Shown: one piece after another, positions 1-13,656 of the stretch | How positions within the stretch are numbered: position 1 is the stretch's first letter | How the letters are laid out: every line of letters starts with the position of its first letter | Assembly (NCBI RefSeq): GCF_009914755.1 | Contig: NC_060931.1 | Direction: 5' to 3' (one strand) | Source of the DNA: the human T2T-CHM13v2.0 reference genome, Homo sapiens | DNA length: 64,000 nt | The notes under the pieces: model-generated | The model's database searches: none | Told to the model about the DNA's origin: nothing | Seen by the model: the letters and a program-made list of their open reading frames with translations, nothing else | Program-made: the position numbers and the translations under genes

Positions 1-264
1 AAAGACATTTCTGGTTTAGATGGCTCTCACTTAGATAGCATTAACGTACTCTTGGAAACACAGAAAGTCTTTTTTTTTTGGACATAGCACTGAGAAAGAA
101 GTAAAAAAGTTCATTTATTGTCAGATTCTGGAAGATCTTGCCAGTGATTCCAAAGAAGTCAGTTAACACTCAAAGTCTCTGTCTGGAGTATCCTTAACAT
201 CTGAACTAAACTGACAAGCAATTTTGGTGGAGGACAAGAATTCTAAAATGAATGTGGTGTTATT

Positions 265-1812
265 TTTAAGCAAACTATTTTTTTTAGAGCAGTTTTAGGT
301 TCACAGCAAAATTGATCAGAAGGTACAGAGATTTCCCATATATCCCCTTCTCTGATGTAGAAACAACTTCCTCCACTATCAAAATCTTGATACAGAGTAG
401 TATATTTGTTACAATGCATTAACCTACACTGATATTTCATTATTACCCCAAAGTCCATAGTTTACATTAGGATTCTTGCTTAGTGTTGTACATTCTATGG
501 GTTTTAACAATTGCATAATGACGTATAGCTACTATTGTAGTGTCCTACCAAATAGTATCACTGCCCTAAATAGTTTCTCTGCTTTGCCTATTCATCTGTC
601 CCTCCCCACTAACCCCTGGAAACCACTGATTCTTTTACCGTCTCCATCATTTTGCCTTTCCCAGAATGTCATATTGTTGGAATTACACAGTATGTAGCTG
701 TTTCAGATTGGCTTCTCTCGCTTAGCAACATGTATTTAAGTTTCCTCTATGTATTTTGATGGCTTGATAGCTCAATTTGTTTTTATTGTAGAATAATATC
801 CCATTTGTAGGTATGTGCCACCGTTTATTTATCCATTCACCTGCTGAAGAATAACTTGGTTGCTTCCATGTTTTGGCAATTATGAATAAAGCTGCTATAC
901 ATATTTGTGTGCAGGTTTTTGTGTGGACATAAGTTTTCAACTCATTTGGATAAAGACCAAGGAGAGCGATTGCTGGATCATATGGTAAGAGTATGTTTAG
1001 TTTTGTAAGAAACTGCTAAACTGTCTTCCAAAGTGGATGTATCATTTTTCATACTCACCAGTAATGAACAAGAGTTCCTGTTGCTCCACATCTTCTGCAG
1101 CATTTGGTGTTATCAATGTTTTGGATTTTGGCCATTGAATGGGTGTGTAGTGGTATCTCACTGTTTTAATAATTCCATAATGACATATGATGTTGAGAAT
1201 TTTTTCATATGCTTATTTACCACTTATAATCTTCTTTGGTAATGTGTCTGTTCAGATCTTTTGCCCATTTTAAATCAGGTCATTCGTTTTCTTTATTGCT
1301 TAGTTTATGAGCTCTTTGTATATTTTGAGTTACAATTCTTTTTCAGATGTTTTTTGCAAGTATTTTTCCCATTCTGTGCTCGTCTTCACATTCTCTTGAC
1401 AGTGTATTTTGCAAAGCAGAAGTTTTTAATCTTAATAAAGTCTAGCTTATGAGTTATTTCTTTAATGGATTGTGCCTTTGGTGTTGGAGACAAAAAGTCA
1501 TTGTTCCCAAGGTCACCTAGATTTCTTCCTATGTTATTTTCTGTAAGTTTTATAGTTTTGCATTTCACGTTTAGATCTATGATCTATGTTGAGTTAATTT
1601 TTTGTAAATGGTATAAGACTAATTTTTTAATGTAAATGTCCAGATGTTCCAGTACCTTTTGTTGAAAACACTGCCTTTTCCCCATTGTATTACATTTACT
1701 CCTTTGTCAAAGATCAGGTGGCTACATTTATATGGATGTATTTCTGTACCCTCTCTTCTGTTCCACTGATCTATCTGTTCTTTCACCAATACCATACTTG
1801 ATTACTATAGCA
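265..1812 (-). mobile_element. Old LINE-1 (L1MC/L1MD-like) 3' UTR plus ORF2 C-terminal part
   Basis: Typical L1M 3' end (ttttagagcagttttaggttcacagcaaaattg...). Minus-strand ORFs 722-940 (KTYVHTKTCTQICIAALFIIAKTWKQP) and 1386-1568 (TPKAQSIKE..KLDFIKIKNFC) are degenerate L1 ORF2. Confidence 0.9.
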
Positions 1813-2026
1813 GGGGACAGAAATCTAGGTAGGGTTTTTTTTCTTACAACATTTTAAATATTTCACAGCGTTCTGTTTTTATTTGCATAGTTTCTGAGGA
1901 GACATTAGATGTAATTCTTATATTTGTTTGTCTGTAGGTAAGGTTTTATCCCCCACTTGGGCTATTCTCCAGATTTTTAATTTTCTTTTCTCTTTTTCAG
2001 TTTGACAATGATATGTCTAGGTGTAG

Positions 2027-2302
2027 TTTTTGTTTTTGTTTATCTTTATGTGTTGAAACAGGGTCTTACTCTGTCACCTAGGCTGGAGTACAGTAATCAC
2101 AGCTCAATGCAGCCTCGACCTCCTGAGCTCAAGTGATCCTCCCACCTCAGCCTTCCAAGTAGCTGGGACTACAGCTGCATGCCACCACCCTTGGTTAATT
2201 TTTTAAATGTTGTTTAGAGATGGGGGTCTCACTATATTGCCCAGGCTAGCCTTGAACTCTTGGGTTCAAGCAGTCTTCCACCTTGGCTGCATGAGCCACC
2301 AT
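2027..2302 (-). mobile_element. AluJ-like SINE
   Basis: Alu antisense motifs (gggtcttactctgtcacctaggctggagtacag; ctcaagtgatcctcccacctcagcc), diverged. Confidence 0.9.
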
Positions 2303-2306
2303 ATAC

Positions 2307-2312
<6 letters not shown>

Positions 2313-2351
<39 letters not shown>

Positions 2352-2374
2352 TGTGTGTATGTGTGTGTGTGTGT
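2313..2374. repeat. (TG)n microsatellite, interrupted
   Basis: Direct inspection. Confidence 0.97.
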
Positions 2375-3566
2375 ATTCTCTGAGCTTCCTGAATGTGTGG
2401 TTTGGTGTGTGAAATTAAATGATTTAAATATTTCTTCAGATATTTTTGTTCCTTTCTCTCTTTCTTCACCTTCTGGTAGTACCATTATGTGTAATTATAC
2501 CTTTTTTCTGTTGTCCCAAAGTTCTTGGACATTGTATTGCTTTTTTTCAGTAATTTTTCTATTTGCTTTTCTGTTTGGAATTTTCTCTATTGACCTAATG
2601 TCAGTTTCAGATTTTCTTTTCTCAGCTGTGTCTAGTCTACTGATGAGCCCAACAAAAGCATTCTTCATTTCTGTTACTGGGTAATTTCCATTTTTTCATT
2701 CTTTTTTCTCTTTCCTACTGGGTTTTGGAAGTTTCTCTTGTCATATATTTACCTCCCAAGATTCTTTCCTTAGCCATGTTAAGTCCAATAATAAATCCAT
2801 TAAAGATACTCCTTATTTCTCTTACAGGGTTTTTGATCTCTAGCATTGCCTTTTGATTTTTTTCTTAGAATTTGCATCTCTCCATTTATGATGCCCATCT
2901 ATTTTTGCATGAGATCTGCTTTATCTTTTAGAGCGCTTAGGATATTAATCATAGCTCTGTTAAATTTCTAGTCTGATAATTCCAGCATCTCTGCCATATC
3001 TGAGTCTGGTTCTTAAGCTTGCTCAGTCTCTTCAAGCTGTTTTTTGCCTTTTAGTCTCCCTTCTAGTTTTCTCTTGATAAACATAGTGTTGGGTAAAAGG
3101 AAGTGCTGTCAATAGGCCGCTAATCATGTGGTGGTGAGGTGTGTGGGTGGGGAAGGATGCTAGATAGCCCCATGAGTATGTCTTAGTCTTTGAGTGAGCC
3201 TTTGCCTCTGAACCGGGAACTTCATGAGTGCCTCTGTTTCCTCTCCTTCCCTTGATGTGGAATAGGATTGCTAGAGTGGGCTGGAGTTAGGTACTTCCCT
3301 TTCGCAGGTCTGTTAGGCTCTGAGAAAACCCTAATCCTTTAGGCTCTGTTAAAAAAGTTTCTCTTAAAGGCAGGCCTTGTTAAGAAGAACAGAATGCTCT
3401 GAAACATTTCAGTGGTTCCTTTTCTCTGCCCTATGCCAGAAGCAGGAGGAAGTTTTTCTCTGATAGTCACTGTGAGAATCTAGTCAGGCTCCTGGAGGTA
3501 AAACCCAAAAAAACGTGAAGGCTTCTTACATGCTCGACTGGAAACCAGAAGTCTGAATGTAGCATT

Positions 3567-3700
3567 ATTTGTTTATTGTTAGTAGAGACAAAGTTTCACT
3601 ATGTTGCCCAGGCTGGTTTCAAACGTCTGGGCTCAAGTGATCCTGCTGTCTCGACTGTCCAAAGTGCTGGGATTGCAGGCATGAGCCGCTGCGCCCGGCC
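3567..3700 (-). mobile_element. FLAM / free left Alu monomer
   Basis: Single monomer ending ...gagccgctgcgcccggcc. Imperfect TSD tgaatgtagcatt (3554-3566) / tgaatgttgtatt (3701-3713). Confidence 0.85.
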
Positions 3701-4171
3701 TGAATGTTGTATTTCCAAAGTGCAATCTTTCCTTTTTGTTATTTAAAGATACATAAAATTATTTCTCTTAATGATATATAGTGAGAAGAACACCTAGGTT
3801 AAAATTCAAAGAACTGGGCTTTTCTCTTTGTCTTCCCGTGACTGATCCTGTGAATCAGGCCCAGACACCTCACCTGTTGGGTTCCTTAAAGAGACGCTGA
3901 GAAGATCAGTGTTTCTTTACTTTTTGTAGATCCAAAGTACCTTTGAAGATTTTTTTCAGGCTATGAACACAGGCTCTCTCCAGTTAAAGAAGTCTATGTA
4001 TCTGTCCTGGACCAAGTGGAACTAGGAATTTCTGGATCAGTCATCTAGAAAATTACTAATAGTTCCATCTTTAAGCCTTTTTGACAAATTCCAATTTTGT
4101 AGATAGGTCTGAACTCCATATACACAGATATTTTCAGGGTAGATAAAATATCATGAAATATACACATGGCA

Positions 4172-4680
4172 AATTAATAGTAACTAATATTTATTAAGTA
4201 CTTAATATATGCCACATGCTGGACCTTTGTATGGAAGATCTACTTAGTTCTCTCCATCACTTTGAGAGACCAGCACAAGAGGACTCTATTTTGAAGGATG
4301 TGTTTGATGCTAATGATGTACCAGAAATTGGATGCAGGGAATCTTCCTAAGAATCCTACTAAGGTGGTTTTAGAGTTAGTTTATAATCTATCATGCAAAC
4401 TGGGACACTTTTGAAAGCTAAAAGGACTCATTATTAATAATTAGACCTGATAACAAGCATAAACAGATTCTCAAGGGCAAACTGGGACATATGGTCCTGT
4501 TAGTTATCATCCTTCTTTTATAGAGGAGAAAACCAAGATGTGAGAAGCAGAGTACTTTTGCTGAGGTCATATCCTAGTTCGTGGACTAGATTTAATTACA
4601 GTTTTCCTCATGATGGTACATGGACTAGAGTTAATTCCAGAGATGCTGGACTTGAAAGCCCAGCATTGAAACCCAACACA
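4172..4680 (-). mobile_element. MIR fragments flanking a MER81
   Basis: taatagtaactaatatttattaagtactt... and ttatcatccttcttttatagaggagaaaaccaaga... are MIR antisense motifs. Confidence 0.6.
4371..4502 (+). mobile_element. MER81-like hAT-Blackjack MITE
   Basis: Two caaactgggaca motifs and the attaataatta core match my recollection of the MER81 consensus. Confidence 0.7.
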
Positions 4681-7329
4681 TTGGGATAGACCAGTGAATG
4701 GCACCTACAACAAATTTCCCAAGTACCTATCCTCAAACATCTTTCTAGCTTGTATCATCAATCTGTCCTTTAAAGGCAAATTCCCCTGTATTTGATCATG
4801 TACTAACATCAGTCACTTTAGAGATAAGCTAATGCGAGCTAAAGATCTATGAAAAGGACTATGCTTCATTGGAAATGCTCACAATAGCAGATTTTTTTTT
4901 TCAAGAAGGAGAGCCTAATTACCTTTCGAAATTCCAAAAATGTCAAACTGATTACGGTGTATGCTTTTTTTATAACATCACATGCACCGAAGTTATTTTG
5001 GGATAATGAGCAATTTTAATCTTGCTTAATAAAAGCTATTCACAGGGCACTTTAGGAGGGGAGCTGCATATAAGTAGTTTTACTAAACCACTTTCCCCTT
5101 TCAGTGGCATTTATTCAAGAGTATGCAAATTCTCTTAAAACTGGCAACCAAATTTAGAAATTAGAAGGGCAGAACTATGGACTTAATTGAGTAAATTTTT
5201 TTGTTTTTTTAAAGAGCATATTCACAAAAAAGAAAATAAAACTGAATTTTGAATTTTACATATCATTGATGTGCTGATAAAAAAAGAATGTGCTGAGTTT
5301 TGAAGTTGAATTTGAGTTTAAATTCAGGGTTTACAACCCCTAAATTTAAAGAAAAAAGATGTATTTAAGTCTTTTCAAACAGTATGATATGATAGGGTTT
5401 ATCAAAAGATACTATAAAAGAAAAAATTCTTAGGAAACCTCTTTTCAAAGAACATTTTGTTTACTTTTTCAAGAATGAAAGAATGGTAAAATTTTATCAC
5501 AATATTCTAAACATAAAAGTGAGTTGAAAATAAGCATCTTAAATGAGAAGAGATTCCTCTTGCTGGAATCTATTAAGAAACTATGGACTGATATGGGTGA
5601 GATCATTCATGAGACAGCTGACTGAGGCATTCATTACCTGGTTTTTGAGACAGAGAAAAGTAGACTCACTTCAAAGTTTCCATGGCACAAAGAATCCTCT
5701 GGAAATATTCTCTGCCCACTTTCTGTTCTGATTCTTCACTTTCTGAAATCCTTCTGATATCAGGGCTCAAGCTGACCAGTGAAGACTGGATGATGAAACT
5801 GAGACCAGCAAAGGTCCAGATCTATCTGTTCTGATGGAGGCAGCATCAGCACAGTTATCTCTTGGGAATTTGATTATCTTTTCTTCTCCTGAAGATGTCT
5901 GCCTCCTCCAAACAGTAAAGAGATAAATGTCCAAACAATTGACAAGAAAAGGAAAATGAGGGGCCTACCTGTGACTTCTCATCCTCTAGTCTTTCTGCTC
6001 TTAGGGAACTTATCGTGTTTACCTGCCTGGTCTGATCATATAAGATGTTCTCATTATTTTCCTCCTTCTTATTTCTGTTTCCATATCTATCAATTTAAAG
6101 ATAAAATTCTACTTTTTTAAGAAGCCATGCTTCCATTCAATGCTTAAGGTGTCCTCTCGACCCTCTTCATTCACTGCACAAGTATTTATATTGTCTATGT
6201 GTGGCTGTGGCACTGCAGACTCTCTGGTCCCGGGAAGCCACAATAAAAAAAAAAAAGAAGAAGCATTTCTTTCCTCAGTAAGCTTCCAGTCTTGCACCTT
6301 TTCTTTTCTGAAAGCACTTCCCTTGGTTCCTTCCTGCCTATATGCGCAGTGCTACTCCACTGTATACAAATCCGTCCTTGATCTTGACAACTTTCTTTTG
6401 TCATTACCCCTTAATGGGTGCCTCTGTATAAGGACCTGGAACATCTGTCTCCCCATCCTACTGCATTAGCTCGCTCTATGAACAATGGTCTGCATCTTGC
6501 CCAAAAGCACAGACTAATATTCACTTAAAGTTAGTGGATCTGCTATTCCCTAGAGATTATTAGATCCTCAAAATATTGTACAGGAGGAAAATGAATTCAT
6601 AGCTTTTCCCATACAGCAAATTACTTGTAGAAACATCACCGGGGTTAGGAAGCTCCCACAGCCAGTGTGGGAACTCTCCCAACCATGCCTCAGACATTTT
6701 TTATTCATCTTCTTATAACACTATTGGACACCAAATTACAGAAAGGCAGACAAAACAAAGCTGTGAAACTAAAACTGAGTGTACAGATGACTTGGTCTGT
6801 TCTGCAGATAGGGAAAATGGGGCCTGGATCAGCAGAATAATTGGCCCAGAGTCACGCAGTATAGTAGTGGGAAGAGATGAACTAGTCTCCATGTCTCCTG
6901 ATTCTAAGGCATTCCCCCACTTTGATTTGCATTTAGCCCTCTTTCTTGGTTCTTCCTTGGACAGGTTTCCTAAAAATCTGAAAATATAATACATTTCTTC
7001 CCAGTCCACAAGTACTCCACCAAGGCCCTTCTCGGGAAGAGTGCTCCCCAAGGAATGCACTGTTCTTGGTCTCAGCCCTTCTACTCATGTTCCTTCCATC
7101 AGAGAACTTAACTCCTCCATGTTTTTGTGTGGCCTTCTTGAAGGCTGTTAACCATACATATTCATACTAGACCTTTAATTGCCACTGAGTCCTGAATTTT
7201 AGACTTCTGGTAAGATAAGTAGGATATTTGCTGCATGTCCAAGATATATAGAGGAGGAGAGGCGATCACCACCACCTCCTTTTGCCACTTACAATGATCT
7301 CATAGGTGCTTATATTCCCTCCTTTGAGT

Positions 7330-7455
7330 TTCTAAATAACTTTGTAAGGGCACTGAGATATGGAAGGATTAAGGACTTGTCCAAGATCTCCCAGCTCGTA
7401 AGACGTGAAGTGGGATTTCAGTCATCTCTTCCGTCTTCTGGTCCAACTCTCTCAA
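7330..7455 (-). mobile_element. MIR fragment
   Basis: actgaga...ttaaggacttgtccaagatctcccagct core. Confidence 0.55.
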
Positions 7456-7597
7456 CAATGTCAATATCAGGCTCTCTCCAGCTGAAGTTTCTTCTAAACA
7501 ATTGCTTTGCCCCCCTTGCATAGAAGAGTCTTATTTACTTACCTGACAAGTGAGATTTCTTAGCCCACCTTTCCCCACTCTCATTCTTTTACTGCAG

Positions 7598-7661
7598 CTT
7601 CCTACCCACCAATATTGAGAAGGAAGTAAAATGGAAAAGCCAAGAAAGAATGGTCGAATCA
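7598..7661 (+). ncRNA. Candidate exon of an unidentified spliced transcript
   Basis: Polypyrimidine tract plus tgcag acceptor (..cattcttttactgcag|) and TCA|GTGAGT donor; 64 nt. Confidence 0.4.
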
Positions 7662-7934
7662 GTGAGTATCTTTTTTTTCTTTCCAGTGTGTGAACTGGTG
7701 ATGGTAATACTACCTATAGTACAATGTTGAGATTACATGAAATCAGCCATATAAACCCTGTGCCTGGCACTCAGTAAAGATTTGTTTGACTATGATCCAA
7801 AGAGAAATTCAGTCCTGTGTCATATGTCTTTAGGGAAATCAAGGAGGGAAAAAACTCCTCTAATCTGCTTAAATTAAAATAAAAAAATATTATTATAAGA
7901 CTTATAGAATGCATATTGATATACTTTGAGATAG

Positions 7935-8372
<438 letters not shown>

Positions 8373-8639
8373 TAAAACATATATCATCCTCCAAAGATTA
8401 CTGATATCTGGTGTACTCATTCTTGATTCTTGATCTGTAGGTTAGAAACGGGGCTGACAAATTCAGCTGTGCAAGTCGTGCACTGTATGATCTGAGGAAG
8501 CACCATCCACATAAATTGCTATATGATCAGCACTCTCTGGGTTGTGCACACATCACATATAACATATATCTCTATACATGTGCATTTTTCTCTTTTCATA
8601 GTGTAAAAATTCTCAGTATGATACTGCATTTTACTAATT

Positions 8640-9000
8640 TCATGTAACATGAAGTATATTTTATGTATTTCAAGAACTGCTTTAACAATGCTTTTCAGAA
8701 ACCAAATAATATCCCTTTGGGTCATTGTGTGATTTACTTAATCACTACATGATGTTTAGAACTTTAGGATGTTTCCAAATTTCTGCTATGAGTGATGTCA
8801 TTGTGATGAACATCTTTGTGTAGAAAACTTTCCCCTATATTTTGGGATTTCTTTAGTACACGTTGTTATAGTAAAAGGGTAAAAATTCCTTATGGCATGT
8901 ATGACATATTACCAGATTGCTTTTAGAAAATGTTGCTATGTATTTATATACTTTCTTCCAAAGGGGTATGAGGGCTTCATATCAGCAAATCCAAATGTTT
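8640..9000 (-). mobile_element. Ancient L1 (L1ME-like) 3' fragment
   Basis: gatgtttccaaatttctgctatg...gtgatgaacatctttgtg...acatattaccagattgc is L1ME antisense-like. Confidence 0.55.
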
Positions 9001-9397
9001 TCTTAAAGTTGACATTTACTTTAGCTTTTACCTAATTTTTAAAAGCAAATCTGGCTTGTTGTCCCAACACAAAAAGGGAAATCTGCCGAGAAAAATAATG
9101 CCAGTCATCATACATCTGCCTTGGAGTGAAAACTCAGAGGACTTAAAAATCCTGGTAAAAATAATCTAATTCACTTGACCAACTTTCCTTCTACATTTGA
9201 AGGTTATACATCTGTAGGTACTAGAAAAAGATAAGTCAATAGCACATATTCCCCCATTGTTAATATTATTAAGACTTATTTACAAACATGGGCCGGCCTG
9301 TGTTTGAGAAAGTCTTATTTGCTATTTGGAGCTTTAGGGACAAATTCTAGAAGAGGCTATAATAACAGGCATAATCCACAAGTGCTGTTTACACCCT

Positions 9398-9557
9398 TGC
9401 TACTCACAGTGTGGTCCAGGAACCATCAGCTTCGGTTATCACCTAGAGCTGGTTAGAAATGCAAAATCTCAAATTTCACCCTAGATGTACAGAATCAGAA
9501 AATGGATATTAACAAAATGTCCAGTTGATTCCATGCCCATTAAAGCTTGAGAAACAT
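9398..9557 (+). mobile_element. MER5A-like hAT-Charlie MITE
   Basis: gctactcacagtgtggtcc...atcacctagagctggttagaaatgcaaaatctc...cattaaagcttgagaaaca. Confidence 0.8.
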
Positions 9558-9792
9558 GGCCAGATACAGTGGCTCATGCTTGTAATACCTACTTTGGGAG
9601 GATAAGGAGGGAGAATCACTTGAGCCCAGGACCCCATCTCTACAAAATACATATATTTTAGATGGGTCATGCACCTATAGATGGGAAGATCATTGAGCCC
9701 AAGAGTTCACGGTTGCAGTGAGCTGTGATCATGCCACTGCACTCCAGCCCGCTCCAAGGTAACAGAGAGAAACTATGTCCCAAAAAATAAAA
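9558..9792 (+). mobile_element. AluJ-like SINE with internal deletions, inserted at the MER5A end
   Basis: Alu motifs; TSD aaagcttgagaaa at 9542-9554 and 9793-9805. Confidence 0.88.
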
Positions 9793-12284
9793 AAAGCTTG
9801 AGAAATACTGGTGTATACGTCCAAGGAGAACTAAGCACAAATTGAGGAGCAATAAAATGCATGTTTGGAAATGATCTCGAATGTTCAAGTTCCACTCTGC
9901 TTTGCGTTAGGAGCCCTTCTAGCTAATCCCACAGTGCATCAATACAATTATAGAATCCCTTATCACATCGTGTTGTGATTGCTTTCTTGTTTTTATTTGT
10001 ACTTGTATTTTTGCTTGTTTTGCACTCCATACTTTTGAAGGTATTGCTAAATAAAAGTATTGTAAGAGTAATGCAATTTCTTTCTTTCTTTTTTTTTTTT
10101 TTTTGCAGAGAAATTAGCTATATTTTTTTCTTTATTTCCAAAAGTTACTTGGGAGAGAAAGTACAGTGAAAAGTCTGGTGGTTAATCTCTTTATTGTATG
10201 AATATTTGCTTCTTCAACTAAGACAGATCTGCCTTCAAATTCCCCTTCCCTTTGGTTGCAACACAGTTAAATCCAATGCTCCATCACTAGCAAAATCAAC
10301 TTTTGCTAATATTCTATTTCATATTTTAACATCTTATTTGACAGGTGTGGTTTAGTTACTGGCAAGCATCTAATTTATGTCAAATCTAATATTATTTTCC
10401 TAGAGTGAAAGTTTTCCCTGTCTTGTCTTAGTCCTAAGGAAACTTTTTAAGATTTTCTTTTTCAGAAGAAGATGAATTGTGAAAGCAAAGTTGAATAACA
10501 CATGTTAAAATTTGTTGTGAGGAAGCAAAATGTGTCACACCCATTTAAAAACACTTGATATATATATATATATATATCCCAAAAATACTTAAAAATGACT
10601 GAACATCGGCCATTTCTTTTAACATTAAATGTTAAAGAAAAATTTCAAGTGTTATATTTTAATCAAAACCAAAGCTTTTGAGTAATTTGAGAGGGGAGAA
10701 AAATGGAGATGGGAAGCTTTTGCAGGAGAATTTTTTGCTCAGACCCAGTTCAAATTTGTGATTCCATTTAGGTATATTATTATTTCCATAACTCTGAAGT
10801 TTCTGAAACAAATGTCCTTCTTTTTGCTGACTGTCTCAGATGTACCTAGCTGTGATGGTAGACAGTGGTGTTGTTAAAATGGAAGATGAAGCATTTCAGG
10901 AAGTCACAAAAAGCAACTGGTGTTCACTGAGCATCAATCACATTGAGCTTGACAGGCAATGCGTAGCCATGACTCAGCCATCCCCTCAACCAGAACTCTC
11001 CAATACTGTGTATCATTGCCTCCATTTTCATAGAGGCAGTGACCGATGGTTAGAGAGGTAAGATGCATAAACTTACACATTTTAAGAGGGAGAATCCAGA
11101 ACTTAAAAAACAGGTTATGTTTGCTTGATTCCAAAGGTCATGTTTCTCCACCAGAACACTACAAAAATTGTACCATTTCTAATATTCTGTCCATGGCATT
11201 TCTGTTGGAAAGTTGAGAATAAATGAACATGTGCTTATTTTATTTACATAAAAATAACTACCATAATTAGGGGATTCATTCTTGGACTTGCTCCTTGTGA
11301 AAAATCCTTGAGCTTTATGGGATCAGTCAATATTCGCAGGCTGTGAGGAACTCCAGAAAGTCTTCAGTTACACCGCAGACAAACCAAAATCATTATTTAT
11401 GATTTTAGTTTTTATTTGACTAGTTCACCTTCCTAAAGGATTGAGCTATCCCTAGGAAACTTCCTATGAATTCTAGATTCCTCTCTGCTCTCTGCAGTGG
11501 GCTATTACAAGCATTCAATGACTATTCTCAAGTGGCCAGGACCGTTTATTGGGGGATGGCTTTCCTAGCCATTGGCTTATCATCTGGTGGATGAGAGCAC
11601 ATTGCAATTGAGGAATCACTGTTACATTTGTCAGTGCTTGGGTATTTGACCCTCAGTAAACAGCATTTACTTAACTTTTACCAGAAAATGTCTTGATGGC
11701 ATTATGGTATGATTTATTTACAGTTCTACAGATTTGGGGTTACATTTGGAAATCTTTCCATTGACAAAATAACTCTCCCCAAGGACTGTTCTCAGGAAAT
11801 ATTTGTTTTCAAGCCTTTAGAACCCACTTGAATCTAATGGGATAAACATGCACTTGGTCAACTAGGGATTGGTTATGCTACTCTTTTTAAAAGTCATCAG
11901 ATCAACATTTCCAAAGTGTGGTTATTTAGCAAGTCTTCCAAAGAATATCAGTGGTTTGCTTCTTTTGCTTAAATTTAAACAAAGGTTGTTCTCAGATTCA
12001 ACTTACTTGATTTCACACCAGGATTTTGTAGAAATACCTTCTAAACATCCTCCTCATCTCTGAATTGCCTCAAGGAGGCAAGCCTGTTCCAGGGAATGAG
12101 GTCAATCTGCACCCACTTTGCAAATGAGGACCTTCACATTTAGGTTACATTAAATAACTGTATCCCAGGAATGTGCCTCAAAAACCAAGAGTGGTCAAAG
12201 AGTCCGTCTCAATTTCATAAATACTTTACTAGACCCCTTTTGGGTTTTAGTTATACTCCCTTGGATATTTTGAATCTAATTAAT

Positions 12285-12462
12285 GCTTAACCTTGGCCAA
12301 ATTCCTTAACTGCTCTAAACCCTAGCTTTGTCATTGGTAAAAGAGGGATAATAATTGTAGTACCTGGTAAATTTATCATCGTGATAAAATGAGGTAATTC
12401 ACAGTAAGTACTTAGCTCAGTGCCTGGAGCAAACTAAGTAGCCGAGAGATGTCAGTTGTTAC
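12285..12462 (+). mobile_element. MIR
   Basis: accttggccaaattccttaactgctctaaaccctagc...gtacttagctcagtgcctgg. Confidence 0.75.
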
Positions 12463-12559
12463 CTCTCTCTTTGTTAACTATTTTTCATGCTAACTTGAAG
12501 AAAACATGAAAAACAAAAATTCAGAGACATCAACATTATTTTCAACTTATCCCCAGGAC

Positions 12560-12740
12560 TGGGTTTCTGTTCACACACATGGCCAAGTGTCAGAATCACA
12601 CCAGGGTGTCCTTCAGGTTATAGTGTCCCCAGCCCTGGCCCTCCCGCCTGGGTCTTTCTGAGGGTCTGCGCTAGGGCATCAGAATCTGGGCTTGTAAAAT
12701 TCCTTAGGTGATTCTCACGAATGGCAGGATGCAGAGCTCC
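12560..12740. mobile_element. MER5-like DNA transposon relic
   Basis: cagaatcacaccagggtg...cagaatctgggcttgtaaaattccttaggtgattct. Confidence 0.5.
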
Positions 12741-13233
12741 TATGGAAGGCTGGCAGGGCCCACACATCACTGCTGCCTCAGTGAAGCCAGTAATTCAAGT
12801 AGGAACAAGGGACACGTAAGCGTAAGCGTCCCTTTTTCCTCCCTCTGCTTCAAGTGGGTGCTTGTTTTACCCGAAGTACTCAAGTGGGCATAACCTCTCC
12901 CTCTCCTGCACATAACCATGCTGCATCTGGCCATAGCATTCAAGTGCCAGGTTCATCCATTCTCAAGGTGGACTAGACTCGGGATCCCATTCCATGTTTG
13001 AGGCTTTGACCGAATATCCAATAACCTGCAGGTGCCACAGAGAGGGCTAATTTGTGAGTTATTTCCTTGTAATTCTTAATGGACTGCTCTGGCAAAAACA
13101 AAACTCATTTGGCATCTGGTAAAAGGGATAAACAAAACTCCTCGCTCATGGAGCTACTTTGAAAATTGAATGAGTCAAGCCCTCAGTACAGTGCTCAGGG
13201 TTTGTGAGCTCTCAGGCAGCCTTAGTTGTCGTT

Positions 13234-13265
<32 letters not shown>

Positions 13266-13292
13266 AGGAAAAATCTATAAAATGTTACCTAA

Positions 13293-13656
<364 letters not shown>

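Larger units (their letters stand above)
1813..3510 (-). mobile_element. Old LINE-1 ORF1/5' region, interrupted by an Alu and a (TG)n
   Basis: Minus-strand peptide VLPEGEEREKGTKISEEIF resembles L1 ORF1; flanking sequence is typical L1M ORF1/5' antisense. Confidence 0.75.
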
